Notes: a model not told the origin generated them from the letters alone. DNA of 62,430 nt, filler included, from Sphacelaria rigidula (GCA_964200075.2; 10 parts of 10 records of this genome joined end to end with filler, not necessarily neighbours in it); one strand, 5' to 3'; positions 12,580-26,614 are shown, numbered from the whole stretch's first letter. Made by a program: numbers and translations.

Positions 12580-13036
12580 TATATTCGTGAGATTCAGAAC
12601 GTAGGTTCAGATTCAGAGTGGATGCTCTAGCGTTCCTAACAGGCATTTTTTTGCTTTTTGCTTTAGCACACGTCCTGTGCATGCAGCTACCGCACAGTAC
12701 CCCATTCGAGGAATTCGGCGGTCTGTTTGGCGAGATACCGCACAAAGCATTCATACGCCTGGGGGGCATTTCGGAACTGAAACTGTTTCAGGCACTAATA
12801 AACGGTTTTTCCTGAAAGAGGGGATATTTTGTTGCAATGGACTGACTACGTCGTTGCGATTAAGTGATGTGTCAAATTGATCGTGTAGGTGACAGCTTTC
12901 ATTGAAGCCACCGCTTCACCAGCTGGGCGCATTACCCCTCGAACTGTGGCGATGTCAAAATCGACGGGAAAGCCGATTGTTTCGGGTCTGAGTCTGAGTC
13001 TGAATCTGAAACTACCCTCTGAATCTCACGAATATA
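12580..13036. mobile_element. MITE with TIR TATATTCGTGAGATTCAGA
   Basis: Left end tatattcgtgagattcagaacgtaggttcagattcaga. Right end tctgaatctgaaactaccctctgaatctcacgaatata. No coding capacity. Confidence 0.8.
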
Positions 13037-13039
13037 GTA

Positions 13040-16000
13040 TTTACTGTATATATGTATATGATCCTCAGGTGAGGCACGGGTAGATTAATCGTTAGCGATT
13101 TCGTAAATGACCGTCTTGGGTAGACAGGGATCAACATCCAAGGTGAAACCAGATTGTGCATTGTTAGGACCGTCGATTGAAGAAGCAGTGGCGTCAGAAA
13201 TATGTGAATTTGTTTCTTCCGGGATGCTTGATAAAGCCGTTGAGGGCAAAGCCGTCGTATTTTGGAGAGATTGAGGTCGAGGTTTTGCGCTCGAAAGAGG
13301 TGTGCGTGATGATACGCGCGCTTCCTTGGGGGCACCTTTACGGGACTTCCTCTTTCGCCGTGATGATGGTCGGGGAACTTCTTAACTTGATGGGGCAACA
13401 CAACTGCGTCCAGTCGTGTGAATGGGGTCAGCATCGGGGCATGCTCGGGCGAAACTTGTGGACTTTCCGTTGGCAAGCTTGGCTGAGGAGTCATAGCCGA
13501 TTGTAAATTGGGACGGTTATTCTTGGAATGTATCAGGGGTAGTTTCGCGTTGTGTAATGAACGCGAAGAACGAACTCTTTCGAGCTGGGTGGGTGTTACT
13601 TGGCCCGAAGTGGTCAAATTGAGACCAGCGACACTTGAACCAGTCGAATGAGATGCACTACTGCCTGCGCGTGCGGTCGCTGAGGGAAGCCTTTGTCTCA
13701 GGGACGGGCGGCTGGTGTTCCAATACCTCGAATTTACACTCAGTTCTGAAGGGCCAAGTCCAGAGCCGAGCGTAGAGCTAAGTCATGAGTTCACGCAAGT
13801 GTTACGCTGTATGCGAGGAGGTGAAGACGGGGATCGATTTGAGCGGCCGTCAGTAGTACTCCTGCACAATGCCGGGGAGACTGAGCGAGAAATTTTTGTC
13901 GCTAGCGTCGCGGGCTGAGATGAAAAAGTCTCCGAAAGTGCTGTCGGCGGCGCCGAAGACTTTAGGACGCCGACGTTGTCGCGTCATGGATCTAAGCGAT
14001 CCAACGCGAAGGTACCAGGGTTTCTGGTGTTGAGGTTCGAGCTATGTGTCGGTCCCATTCGCTAGTGTCTATCAGCGGAACCATGATTGGCGCGAGAAGT
14101 ATTATCTCTTTGGCGAGTGCCAGCAGTATGGTTGTTGTTGTGTCGGCGCTCGCGATTAGAGCGATAGTTGCCGCGAAAATTCGAATGGTGACGGTTATCA
14201 CTTTTTGGAGTACGATAGTCGCGCATTCGTTTTTGCCATCGGCGCCACGCGGGTTCATTGCTCTGTAGTTCAGAGTACATGAGATCGAACGCATTTATGC
14301 ATGAGTTGTCACAGTCACGCATGCTGTGGCCTTGTACATTGCAATTGATACATTTGTTGGCGTGGCGGCTGAAAGCGTCGTGTCTAGCCGAAGAAGACAG
14401 AAGCGGGTTCCACAAATGAGGATCATCCGTCACAAAAGCTGTTGTAGAAGTCAAATAAACTTTGTCCCATGTCTCCTCAGAGTACGGCCATGCGTCAAAA
14501 CTTGCGCAGAATGGGTCTTTGTTACTTTCAACACTCATTACTGAACCGGCGACAGAGGCGGGGGTCCATGTTGCACGAGATGAATTCGAATTCCATCCGC
14601 GAGGCCCGTAGGTGTTCGCGGAGGACACAGTGGCAGGCTGTGAACGCGGAGACAAATATTTGTCACCCCGAATGGCGGGAGTGAGATTGCTTTCTTGATC
14701 GACAAAAGCTATCCACATTGCGTCTACGGAGACGTAAGGCACCTCGCGGTGTGCTAGGGCACCCGGAAAAGACGACGGCATCAATGCCGGGAACTGCTCA
14801 GACACACTCGTACGGACATAGGACTTACACATAGAATCAGAAGGCCACTCTGGCGTCCAGTTCCCAAAGTGTTGGACACCAACAACTTGAACTGACGAAG
14901 GTAGTCGGGAAAAGGCACGTCCGTAGTGACACCAAACGAACTTAGTCACTGAATGGAGCTACCCTGGGTACTACGATCGGAATAGCCGGTTAGACGCCGC
15001 TTCAAATCAGGGAGTATCGTTGGGCCAGTTCGCCCCGAGGCACGGTCCAAATCCATCACTGCGATGAACCTATCGATTATCTGCGTCAGTGAAGAGGCAA
15101 GGTTAGGCGAGTGGCGAGAGATGGCGCGGTGTAGGGCCTTATGCAACGGCGTCTGCCAACCATCAACCCAAACGGGATCTTCGAATCGCTGAGCACCCGT
15201 GCGATCCGCTAATTGCAGAATACTGTGTACAGTACGACGAATGAAGTGAATAAGGCTCGAGGTAAACTGTCCTGAGACCTCATTGTCCGCTGCGGGCATG
15301 GTGTTAATATGCCAAAGTTTCTTGACATCCATCTGTATGTACTCTCTCTGGATAACAGCTACCCGAGCAGCCTCAGCCTCAGCAGCTGCTGCAGCCTCGC
15401 GGGCTGCGGTCTGTGCTTGGCTAGCCGCGGCGGCAGCTAAGGTGCGGGCCGAGGTCAAAGACAAAGGTCGATATTTGTCATCAGTGTCAGACAAACCTAA
15501 TAACTCGCGGGAAACATCAGCTAAACGAGGGGTTTCTTGCCTGACATTTTTGGAGTCGACTGACGGCGGATCAGTCGTTGACTCGTTTCTGTGACGGGGA
15601 TTGCGGGACGAGCTGTCCGACGAGCCAGATCCCGAACGTTTCCAGTTTGGGTGTTGTTCGCTGCGGACCGTCCGTCGAGAATTAGATCCTCGGCGTCCTC
15701 CACCGGAGGATCCGGGACCCTCGCGGCGACCCCCGCGTCCGCCACCCTGACGGTCATCATTGTCGCCGTTGTGGTTGTGCGGCCGGCAGTTTGCGGTGAC
15801 CAGAGTCCATCTGTCATCGTCATTGTCGTCGTCGTCGTCAGCGGAGGTGCCGAACTGAAACGCGTCCCGTAAGGCTTGCAAAAGGCTATGGGCGGCTCTG
15901 TTGTATGTATCCGCACCATCATTGGGGTCCGTTTGGGCGTGTGCCACAAGCTGGGCGAGCGTCAGAGTATGCGGTTCTGCCACCGGAAGTTGGGCGCCTT

Positions 16001-17911
16001 GTTCAGATATAGACCCAACGCAACTAAGGCCCCCTGGTAGACGGTAGTCCACGCGGCCTTGGAGCTTTGCAGGGGGTTATCCACCGAAACGTCGGTGGAG
16101 AAATCTCGCACAGTATGCACGAGCCAAGTGGTCTCGTGAGGGGAGAGAGACAGGCAGGTTTCACCCGCGGTCGTCGCGTTGGGGCTGGCGGCTTCCGATT
16201 TGCGGGGTATGCGGTACCCCGCAAATGGCGAAGAGACCGCGCCCGATGGTGGAGAAGCCTGAAGCGACGTCGCGCGCGCCCGAGCGGCCTGATGGTCGGA
16301 CAGTAAGGTCGCCGCGGATGCAGCGTGCTCGGCGGTCCGAGTAATGTGGGCCGCCATCTCCTCCGTCTTTCGTTTACTGGCTGCTGCGACCGTTTGGTGT
16401 TCCGCGTGAGCCCGAAGGGCAGCGGAGTGAGCGGCGGTGGCGGTATCGGCGTTTCGTTGCAGGTTGACCTGCCGGGTGTCAAATTCCTCCCGGAGGAGGC
16501 GAACCGCGTTCTCGTCAGCAGTGCTGACATTTGGAATATCCCGCGATGTCGGTGCCAGGACGGTAGCCATAAGAGTCGGCGCCGGAGTTGTGGTCGGCAG
16601 GGCTGGCGCCAGGGTGGCGAGTCGGTAACGAGCGATGATGCCATCCTGTGTGTGTCGGTCGTGTTCCAGAAAAAGGTACACAAGATACCCCGTGGGGCAG
16701 AACTCCGCGGTGAGCCGCGGCTGAGGGGTGCGGCCTGCCCGGGGACCTGTCAGTCGTGGGGGCGCCGCCAACAGAGGCAGTGGCGGCGGTAGGGGCTACA
16801 ACAACAATGGTCGGAGACCTGTTGTTGTTAGGAGCACCTTCGACGGTGGTAGGGGCGGTGGCAGGAGCGGCCGTCACTGCGGCCGAAGGTACCGCAGTGG
16901 CGCTCGGGGCGGTAGGTTGGGTGGCCAGAGCCGCCGTGTTTTTTGGAGGCGCCGCAGTGTGCGCCGTAGTGGCCGCAGTCATTGCCGAAGGAGTGGTGGC
17001 CGATGTCTTTGATGAGTCCATGGTCTGTTTGATGACACGGTGCAAATCAGAAACCTGTTGTTGTAGCAAACGAATAGTAGCAGCATCAGCAGCAGAGCGG
17101 GGTCGGACATCGCGTTAGCTCGAGCTCGTCTATGATGGCGCCGGGGCTCATAAAAGGAGTTTTCGCTAGCTTTCTCTATCGAGGAAGCTGGGTCCGACGA
17201 TAGATCAGAAAGGATATTTCTTACGTCGTCTGCATGCACGGTCTGATCATTACGCATGTGTTGTCGGTGCTGCGGGTGCCGAATAAACGGAGCACGACCA
17301 CTTGTGTTGTCATTGATGGATGATTCCCTAGAACCACGTTAGGATTGACGGCTGTGTCCTGGGCTACCCCCGGGAGAATGGCTGCCGCGCCGCGTCGAGT
17401 TACGGTGGTGTGAGGTACGGACCCCCCTTCCGTAGGGAGCGGAAGATGGACGAGAGTTGTCTTTATCTCGGCTTTTTCTCAGGGGTTGTACAGACCGCGC
17501 AGTAGCGACTGGGGGGTCATTACGTGCGGCGGCAATTTCTGTAGTTTGAGCCCCGCGGACAATTTTCGCGTAAGAGGGGCGTGCCTGAGTATGTATCGTG
17601 GTGTCGTAGAACGTCTTGAGGGCCATGGCAAAATTTGTGCCAGAATTGTCGACGGAACCAGGTGGAGCCTGGGTTGAGTTCTGAAGTGCCAAAATCATGG
17701 CCTCAACCCTGGTTCCGGACCCAGATGACGGAGTGCGACGCGTTGAACTACCAGAGGTCGTGGAGTGAGAACTTCCAACTGAAGCAACATCCGTGGCAAT
17801 ATTTCGAACGGCGGAAGCGTGCCGCTTCGGCTGGCACGGAGGAAGATTAGTTTTCTCCGAACTGGGCGCCAGGGGAGAACCCACCGCTATGGGCTCAACT
17901 GAGGGCGCCAT
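13040..17911 (-). pseudogene. Degenerate, very long gag-like ORF of a retroelement
   Basis: Successive minus-strand ORFs join through stops and frameshifts. A capsid/MHR-like segment (SIQ*LSSFGVTTDVPFPDYLRQFKLLVSNT) lies at about 14860-14960 and a CCHC knuckle (CINCNVQGHSMRDC) at about 14310-14350. Flanks are low complexity. No RT is present in this contig. Confidence 0.75.
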
Positions 17912-18215
17912 CCTAGCCGCGGATCCCAGAACGGTATCGAATCGTCACGGGATGGTACATCGTGGGTCATGGGCGTTGCAGCCGCAACTGCTGTAGAGTC
18001 GCCACGGAATGGTACATCGTGAGACACTTTTTACTTTGCAGTCCGCCGGTCTTCAAGTCCCGTAGAAAGAGCAGCGTCTGATGTCGACCCGCCACGGAAT
18101 GTTACGTCGTGAGGCAGTCTTGACTTCGCGGGCTGCTGGTCTTCAAGTCCCGTAGATAGAGCAGCGCTCTTAGCTTGTTGTCGTAGAGCTGTAGGTGAAG
18201 CACCGCCTTTGCTCA

Positions 18216-18407
18216 TGTGACGACAACGGATAATAATTTGACTTCGTGTACGGCGGGGCCGCGAGCCTCCCGAGCCGGGAGGGGAAGCAGGGCTATTTGG
18301 CTGCGAGATAATACAAATAATGTACGACTCGTATGATTTATTCGTTGAAATGATGAACATGATGAGTTGAATCACGATTTTATTTTTCCTAACCGTGGAA
18401 CATAACA
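18216..18407 (-). repeat. Candidate 5' LTR of the gag element
   Basis: 192-bp segment with TGTTA...TCACA termini, about 300 bp upstream of the gag start. No second LTR or canonical TGG PBS is visible. Confidence 0.3.
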
Positions 18408-18593
18408 CACGCTCCATCCCAAGTTACCCAGGTTTAGTATGCAACTACCGTAAAATTTCCATCGCTACCATCTCCAGGCAGGAAACAAACCGGCCTCTGA
18501 AACTTCACAGCCCCCCGCACACACATTAGACGTGGTGAGGTTGACAAACGGAGTTGCAAAAATCGCCACAGCGGATCCGAAAAGCCCCAGAAA
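18405..18593 (+). repeat. Dispersed repeat of about 190 bp, copy 1
   Basis: Colinear with 34151-34335 (CACACGCTCCATCCCAAGTTACC...GCGGATCCGAAAAGCCCCAGA). Confidence 0.9.
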
Positions 18594-21500
18594 CACGGGA
18601 TCTTACAAATTGGGGATGGATCTTTTATTGGGGATGAGAAACCCGGAGAATTAAAGTCTCCNNNNNNNNNNNNNNNNNNNNNNNNNNNNNNNNNNNNNNN
18701 NNNNNTTAATTAATTAANNNNNNNNNNNNNNNNNNNNNNNNNNNNNNNNNNNNNNNNNNNNGACAGTTCTAGAGGGTATCGATATGAAATCCGCGCTGAG
18801 ACAGCAGTAGATCTTGCCATTCTTGTTGTTTACATCGCCCCCCTGTTGGTCGAGGCTGGCACCAAGACCGGAAATAACCACAAGTTAAGGTTCTCCATAA
18901 TATGTTAGAGGCAGATGCCTCTGAGTTTTATACGCCGTGCCGAGCAAGACGCGACCGCACAACGCAGCCAAGAAGACGAGTGTCTTCTGTCAAGGACCAC
19001 TGCGGACCTGCTCGGGCAGGGGGCAACGTTTCCTCCTTCACAGTGCCAGACCTAGCGTGGGCGTTACCACGACGGTCTGAAAATGACAGGAGCAGTTGCT
19101 GTAGTTTTCTTCTATCAGAAGCAATCACATATTCTTCCGTAGTGTGCTCTTTGTCTCTTAAACCGTCACAGCTCCCACGTGAAGATGTTTACCTTTCTCT
19201 GGCAGGCGCGTGATCACCCTTGTGCAGAGCTTTCACTTGGTTCCAGAATAGGACAGAGTGCGGGTTGCAATTTGTTTTTTTCACGAATGGCTCGCGGGTA
19301 TTCTAGCCCTGTCGAGGCGTGGCTCGCATCGTACAGTCAGCTCTTTAGTACTCGTTGTACTGGCACTAGGAACACACAGTGTCAACTTCGTCGGGTTTTA
19401 CATTGCGCGGATACGTATCGTGCAATAAACGCCTCCTATATATTTGTAGTGATAGACATCAATTCTCATCCGGCTGTCAAACGCGCGAAAGCTGGTCTGT
19501 AGCACCAGGCATCCGTGCTGATGTGGAGACCTCTCTTCCAAGGACATCCGCCCCCTTTAGTCTCACCATATTTTAGGCCTTAGAGTATGACCGTCTCCGA
19601 TTGACGCCGCGGATAATGAAATAAAATTTCAGTACAATGCCTCCATAATATTGAAAAGGAACAACACTGTTGTCGAGAAACATTGTCCAACGGACTGGAA
19701 TCCGAAACTCAATACTGTACGCATGACAAAAATGTCTTCACAGAGGCTGAAATTTCCAGATCTGAGCAAATGCGGATTGAAAGCCATAAAAGTGGGGAAC
19801 AGCTACAGATCCGTTCAGTTCGTTTGTCCAAACAAGATACACGCAACTGAGGTCACAGTCAATCTTTTGGCCGCAACCACCGTATTGACGCAAGTGTCAA
19901 TTGAACAGGTTATTGAACAGTATATTATCGGAACAAAAACATAACGAGGTCAACTTAGCACCTGACCGGGCTAAGTGACCAGCACACACAATAGCCAACA
20001 GTATTCAAGAACACACGCAGTATCGAATCTATCCATACAATTATCCCCGTCTGAGCATGCACGGCATGGGATAGAAGCGGCTGTAAGAGCCAGGGAACGG
20101 CAGATGGGTAGGCTTCATAACATTGCCTTGCTGCCTGCCCGCACTGCCCCCAAAATGTTTGTGTTGGGATTCGGAATGTTTTCTGGTGCCCACAGTGTGT
20201 ATTGTTGCCACAAAACATAAAGGTGGTGAATCTGCTGAAAGCTTCAATGACAGCTACGGACACACGTTTCCCAACCGACAGTCGATTCCCAGCATCGCAA
20301 CGCCCAACGCTCCCACGGAAATGGATCATCAATTTACCTACACGCGGCGCAATCAGTCAACTTGGATCCGTTTGAATTTCGGCGACGAACATATGTAGTT
20401 CAACTGCGATTTTTCGATTCGAATCTTGCGAGTATGTGAGGCACTCACCACCGAAATGAATCCTCGCGTTGCGTCTCCTTTGTTTTCAAGGGTGAGGCTA
20501 CACGTGCGCCCTTGCTCTTGGTGTAATCAGGGCGATGCCACAACTCGTCTGCACGCGATACATGTCTTGTATCATCATCCATTTTGGGAGAAAATCGTCA
20601 TGTGACAAAGGCTACTTTGTTGGGGTAATGTACACGAGGTGCTGCAGCTGCGATAGATGGCAGATGGAGAAACACTGTCGGAGAGAATCAATTATACTTT
20701 TTTTTCATCAAGATCGGCGGGTTGCACTGGCTGTCGAAGTATAGGTGTCTATCGCTGATTTCGCAACATTGAAGTCTCACCGCGGGTATGAGTGACGTAA
20801 GTCAAATGATGACGAAAACAACGCCACAATATCCAATCGTGATGCACGTACATGATATCTGTGCCCACAAGCATTTCAACCTGCACTGCCCGAAGCAAAC
20901 GACATCAATGGCAATTCCTTCTGCATCTATCCCTTTGATTCACGGCTACTTCTACAATGTCACTGTGGACAGGCTTCATGTGAAGGGTATTATACAAGTT
21001 TTGGCCGCTGCTAAGGTAAAAGGTCGCGACCGGCCGGCCGGCCCCAGTCCTTGTTGCCTTTGTCAAAGTTTGGAAGTGCGAGCGAGTGTGGTTCGTATCT
21101 CACCTAGATTCCGCCACCACCCTTCCCCAATGCTGCTCTTTTTGCGTAAGTTGCTGGAAGCGTGGGAGAAGACTATTTTTCAAGCCTCACTGCATCAAAG
21201 GCGTATCATGGTTGGTGTAGTAGACGCAATGTCCGCTGACTTCAATTTGGCGCCGTGCCGAGGCCTAGGGTTCACCGGTGTGTCGAAGAAATTGATGTGA
21301 TGGGCTCCGTTCCATAGTATCTTTGCTTCGAAATTACCGACATGCTGGACCGGTCGTCGCCTTGGGAATCCCAAGCACAGCACTGACTGAGAACTCTGCG
21401 CACGCACGACGACTGTTACTGTTCAGGGTTGTGCAGCACATCTTCGCGTTGCTCGCTCAAGTACAGACGTCTCTGACCGAAGCGAGGAAGGTCGACAGCA

Positions 21501-22745
21501 CAATGACCGAAACCCACGATCAACTTCCTACATCGGAGCACAGTTTGGGATTGAAATGCGGCAGTATGCAAACCGACTCGTTGTCACCGAAATGCTAGAG
21601 CAGGGCCGCTGCCGGACCCCATCTTCACAGGTGGACATTTCACTCTCGCCGCAGGGTACAGAAGGCGACACATTGTAGAGGGTGTGTAGAGGGTCGCCAA
21701 AGAGCGTTCTATACCGTGTAGAGGGTCGCCAGAGGGTCGTCAGAGGGTTCTATGCGTTGTAGAGGATTGACACAAGGTCTCTACTTTCAGAAGGTGTTCC
21801 GAGGGGTGTAGCGAAGTGTCCACATGTTATGCAGGGTCTCAAAATTCAAGTGATGATCGTCTTGAGAGATACTACCCCGCGAGGATGTCTTTTGTGGGAG
21901 TAGAAGCCGTCCACCTCGCCATTGTCGTTCGTCACCCCCCCAACCACCCCACGATTTCGGTCCCCATTTTCCATGCGGGAGTCTTGCAAGTTTTGAGTTG
22001 GAATACGGCGCAGTGGCCATGATGATGTAGACGCCACAACTTACATGTTGTCAAAATCCAAGGAGGGGGGGGGGGGGGGGGGGGGGGACTTGAGGGTGAA
22101 TTAGTAGCAGGTCCTTTTCGCTTCACACGAGGTTGGCTCCGGCCATATGTTGCCAACATTCTGCCCACCGACCCCACCTCGTTACTACACGGATTTCCTG
22201 TATTCGGAGCGTTCGACTGGTGCTGCTCCCACCACGATTTCCCACCTACTCTGCGTTCTTATGGGCGATACTCCACGGCTGCCGGGAGGAAATCGTTGAT
22301 AAACCCGACCGGTGTTCGTGAAAAAAGATACTCGTCACAAAATGAGTATTCCAACAGAGTCGTAGTACCGAATATCCATGTGGATCCCCAGCATGAAAAT
22401 GATCGTTGGGAACGGAAAACCACAGGCGAACCACCCGGAACCACAGGCGAACCACACGTCGGTGGCCACCATTATCACGAGTGCAAGCTGAACGTTCATC
22501 TCGGAAGTTGAATATTCATCTTGCAAATCGGACTTCTCCCGCGAAATTTGATCTCTCGGGTTGAAGAATCAACATGAGTAATGTCAACAGACATTCGTTT
22601 TTTTAACTCATGCTGCATGGTCAGCACGAAAACACCGGTTTGATTTCATTTACAACCCTCGGAGCTTTAATTTGATATTTCGCCATGATCATCAACGACA
22701 AACACACTACACCTTGGACAACAGACAACAATAGACTGTTGCTAT

Positions 22746-23249
22746 TAGTGATTCTACGTTAGGGGTGCACCTTTCAGTCCAAACGTTTTTTGGGCCTACA
22801 CCCTAAGGCTCAGATGCCTGTCATCGAGGCGCTCCTAAAGGTCAGAACCTCAGAAATAAAATCGTGCGCCCCTACCGTACGACCACTTCAGTTGTACTGA
22901 GTTCCTATTGCTAATATTTTATCATCACCCGTGTTAGTACCTATCGATGCCACGTTCTTGAGCATATGGTAGCCAGTAATGAATGTCGATAGCCGCATCT
23001 ATGGGACATGCGGCGGGGTGTCGATATGCACATGCCGAATCATTTGGTAGCGGTGATACGTGTATCGATAGTCTCTTTGAAGTGGCTATTGATCAGCCGA
23101 TAGTCTTTTGGTAAATATGAAAGTGGGTCTATGGTAAGGATGCGCAATTTGTTTTTCTGGGGCTCTGCATTGGAGGAACCTCTCGATGACAAGCTCCTGG
23201 GCCGAAACCATTTGGACTAAAAAAATGTACCCCTACCGTAGAAGCAATC
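22746..23249. mobile_element. Two short, degenerate MITEs of the CTACGGTAGGGG TIR family in opposite orientation (about 22746-22888 and 23121-23249)
   Basis: Degenerate TIRs ttctacgttaggggtgcac / gtgcgcccctaccgta and gtacccctaccgtagaa. The internal sequences are diverged reverse complements of each other. Confidence 0.65.
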
Positions 23250-25652
23250 ATGGACGCAAGGTATTGTAGATCATGACGGGTTTCGATAGAATTGCTATTG
23301 GCGTACTGCTACGGCAACACTTTTCGATCCTCAACTGTCACAAGCCGACCGATCTTCCGATATGTGTCGATGTTCGTTTTCAAAACCTCATGACCTGTAC
23401 AATGCATGCTACAGGGGGGATAGGCTACTCTTTCACGCACAGAAAAACAATTGGCAGTATGCAGATGCAAAAACAATGCGTTCCTCTCTTGAGATAGATG
23501 AGAATTCCATCGCGTCTCGGTGTATTGAATGAATATGCCCACGATAGGGTATTCGGTGTATTGAGTATGCCCGCCGAGGGTGCAGGAGAGGATAATACCA
23601 ATAACTTATCTAGAGCAGAGAGACACGATATAGTACACGTACACAGCCTAACCATCTAAACCCATGGGTGATCCCGCTGATGATCATCAACAGGTGGGAA
23701 ACGGTAGTGGCGGTGGCGGTTGTTGATCACCATCACCCGCAGGTCAGCGGTAGATGGTGATCAGTGTCTTCGTCGGGAGCAATGGTGGAAATCATGAGAG
23801 ACGCCAACGCCGACAAAAAAACAAACGGGAAGGTTGCACAACTGCAATTCTCGGGCGATGTACCCCTGGGTGCGGAGAACGCTATCCGCAACTTCACGCC
23901 TCCTACACAGCATCATTGTCGACATCAAGAACGTCGACACCAAACACAACTATTCGACGTTCTACGCAGTGAGAAGCATCGAGGGGTATTGTACATCGCA
24001 CATCGTGAACGAAGTTGCGCAGTGGTGTACGATGGTTCACCGCGGTTGGCAATTGCTGTGTCAAACAGACCTCGACGCAACCCGCTCGGGGTTTCCTTGT
24101 CCGTACCCAACAACATTGCACGGTTAGGATGACTCAACTCGTGATTCAACTAATATAATCATTTCAACGAATGAGTTATACTAATCGTACATCATTTGTA
24201 ATACATACAGCTTCTCAGCTCGTGCGTCGTGCATTACATGTCAAAGGTACCTGCTTCCTACCTTCCGTGAATACCGAGGTAAATAATGGGCTCACGGTCA
24301 TCCCCTGCACTGCAATTTTGAATGAATCGATTTTACATGCCACGCACTTCTTACCGTCATGAATCGAGAACGTCGTGTACAACTTGCTTGACCGAGCCGT
24401 TCGAGGTGAGCACCCGTATATGTTTCCCACCTTCGGGTCAATGCGGAACCGACGATTTGTACCGGTTGAATCTTCACTTCCGATGGGCCCTGAATCGCGC
24501 GTAATTTTTTCCCCAGCTGTAATGCGCGCAAGATGCCTCCGCTTCATGTGTATTATCCACCCTCGACTCAGCGGGACCAACAATTTGTACAGTTAATTTT
24601 ATCATTTCATGATGAGCCGACTCGTATGGACTCTGATTCGTCCTAACCGTAGATCATTTTCCGTCCTGTGCCCGGAATGTAGCTATCCCCTTATCCATCT
24701 TTCCTGCCTGGTTTCTCGTTGTCCCTTTGATCCCTACACACATTTGTTTCATATCGCCGTCGAAATCGTCTTTTGTTTTTTTCCCTACACCTTCCCAAAC
24801 TTCCTTCTTTTTCTGCTTTACCGAGGGTCTGTCGAAAATATTTTTCGGGACACGTAGGCCCCAAGATGAAAAAAGAAACGAGTTTTTGAGGGGAGGGGGG
24901 GGTGTAGGGGAGGGNNNNNNNNNNNNNNNNNNNNNNNNNNNNNNNNNNNNNNNNNNNNTTAATTAATTAANNNNNNNNNNNNNNNNNNNNNNNNNNNNNN
25001 NNNNNNNNNNNNNNCTATTGGGAGTAGGAACGGTGCTCCGTCTCGCAAGGGATGTGTGGTCAATGGTCAAACGACTAAGGCGAACAACAAATGAGTACGA
25101 CCCCCCCCCCTCATCGTAGGTTGGCACTCAATACCTCGGGTGTGTCTTTCATGTGACCACTGCTGGGCTCTTCGCGAATCGGGTTGAGCGCAACGAACAA
25201 TCAAGCAACCAAGATATTTGAACGTTGTATAGCAAAACAGTTGTCCGGTATCCGTACAAATTAGAGGCTACACCGTGGATCTGCATTAATCGCGTTTTCT
25301 CGGTAGTGGACCGGGTTTGTAGAATATTTACTCGCTCACCCTGCCAGGTCGCAGTTGTCCCAGAGATTTGTCGGATATTCGTCATCTTCCATGCATCGCG
25401 CAGCTTCTATTGAGACGCCATCCGGGATGCAGCCGTCAGCACACACGCTGTCTGCAGATATCGAGCTCCTGAATTGCTGAATAAGCGTACATTAGAAGGA
25501 GAAGGCGAACACGCGTCGATATAACGATCTGTTTTTAAAAAATGGAAAGAAAGACATCGGTGAGCTTTTGAATGATGAATCATATCATAAATTTTAGAGC
25601 CCGCAGCAACAGGTTGATGCTCAACGTATAACCCATGCAAAGCAACGCAGAG

Positions 25653-25908
25653 GAGTGATGCTACGGTAGGGGTGCACAATTATTTTCCGAGGTTAGAATT
25701 GTTAGGAGCCCTTTATCTCATCCAAAGCACGACTCATGAAATATGTGAGAGTACACCAGGATTACTATTCCAATGTGCTAGGGATATCCCCGACTGAATT
25801 TCCAATGACGGATGCCCTGACCCATATTCTTGTGCATCTAGAATATTGAGGAGCCCCTGACCAGACCCGATTTCGCACAAAAAGTGCACCCCTACCATAG
25901 CATTGCTG
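25653..25908. mobile_element. 256-bp MITE, 4-bp TSD AGAG (Sola-like)
   Basis: TIR GAGTGATGCTACGGTAGGGGTGCAC / GTGCACCCCTACCATAGCATTGCTG, with AGAG on both flanks. Confidence 0.9.
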
Positions 25909-26165
25909 AGAGATAATAATCATACTTGCCCCTCCCTTGGAAACATGTCCCCTGTATGAAGCAAAGCTTATACGCACCGCAGAGGACGATGACATGGATA
26001 CAGGAATGACTGCTTTCATGAATGGCTTCATGATGTACGGCGTTACGTCGAACAATCAGCAGTACAGAAGACAGCCATAGCAAAAACAGTAGAGAGTCAC
26101 AGCAACAAAAGCTGGTGAACCACATAACTCATACGATTGCAGAGCGGAGAGAATCGCCGAAAATA

Positions 26166-26372
26166 TATTGACGTAGGTGCATCAAGTAAGAAAGAAAGTC
26201 AACAGACCCCGGCGTATGACCGTTATCATAAGGTACGAAAAACGCTTGAACTACACTGCGACCCGTGCAAAGTATTGACTGAGGTGCAGTAAGAGAGAAG
26301 GTCGATGGACTCTGGCGTATGCCCCTGATCATAAGGTACGGAAAACGCTTGGTCTACACTGCGACCCGTGTA
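26166..26372 (+). repeat. Tandem duplication, unit about 105 bp
   Basis: TATTGAC..AGGTGCA..GTAAGA...ATCATAAGGTACG..AAACGCTTG..CTACACTGCGACCCGTG occurs twice. Confidence 0.85.
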
Positions 26373-26614
26373 GAACTTCGGACATAGACAAAGGCCAACA
26401 TTGGATTCACAGCCCACGCGAAAAAAGGACGGAGTCAGAAACACGGAATTGTTGATCAGCTAACTGCGTCGGAAGGAGTGACGCAGAAGTTGTGACAGTG
26501 TTTGATTTTGCGACTCACGCAAGCATGACGCGGAATTCGAACTAAAAGGACTTGTGATTTAATGAGTAATGGAAAACACGCAGAGACTCTACACCAACCG
26601 TACGACGTACAAGG

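Noticed and set aside
18762..24914. Protein-coding genes in contig 4
   Set aside because: Only short ORFs, with no recognisable motif or consistent exon chain that I could support.
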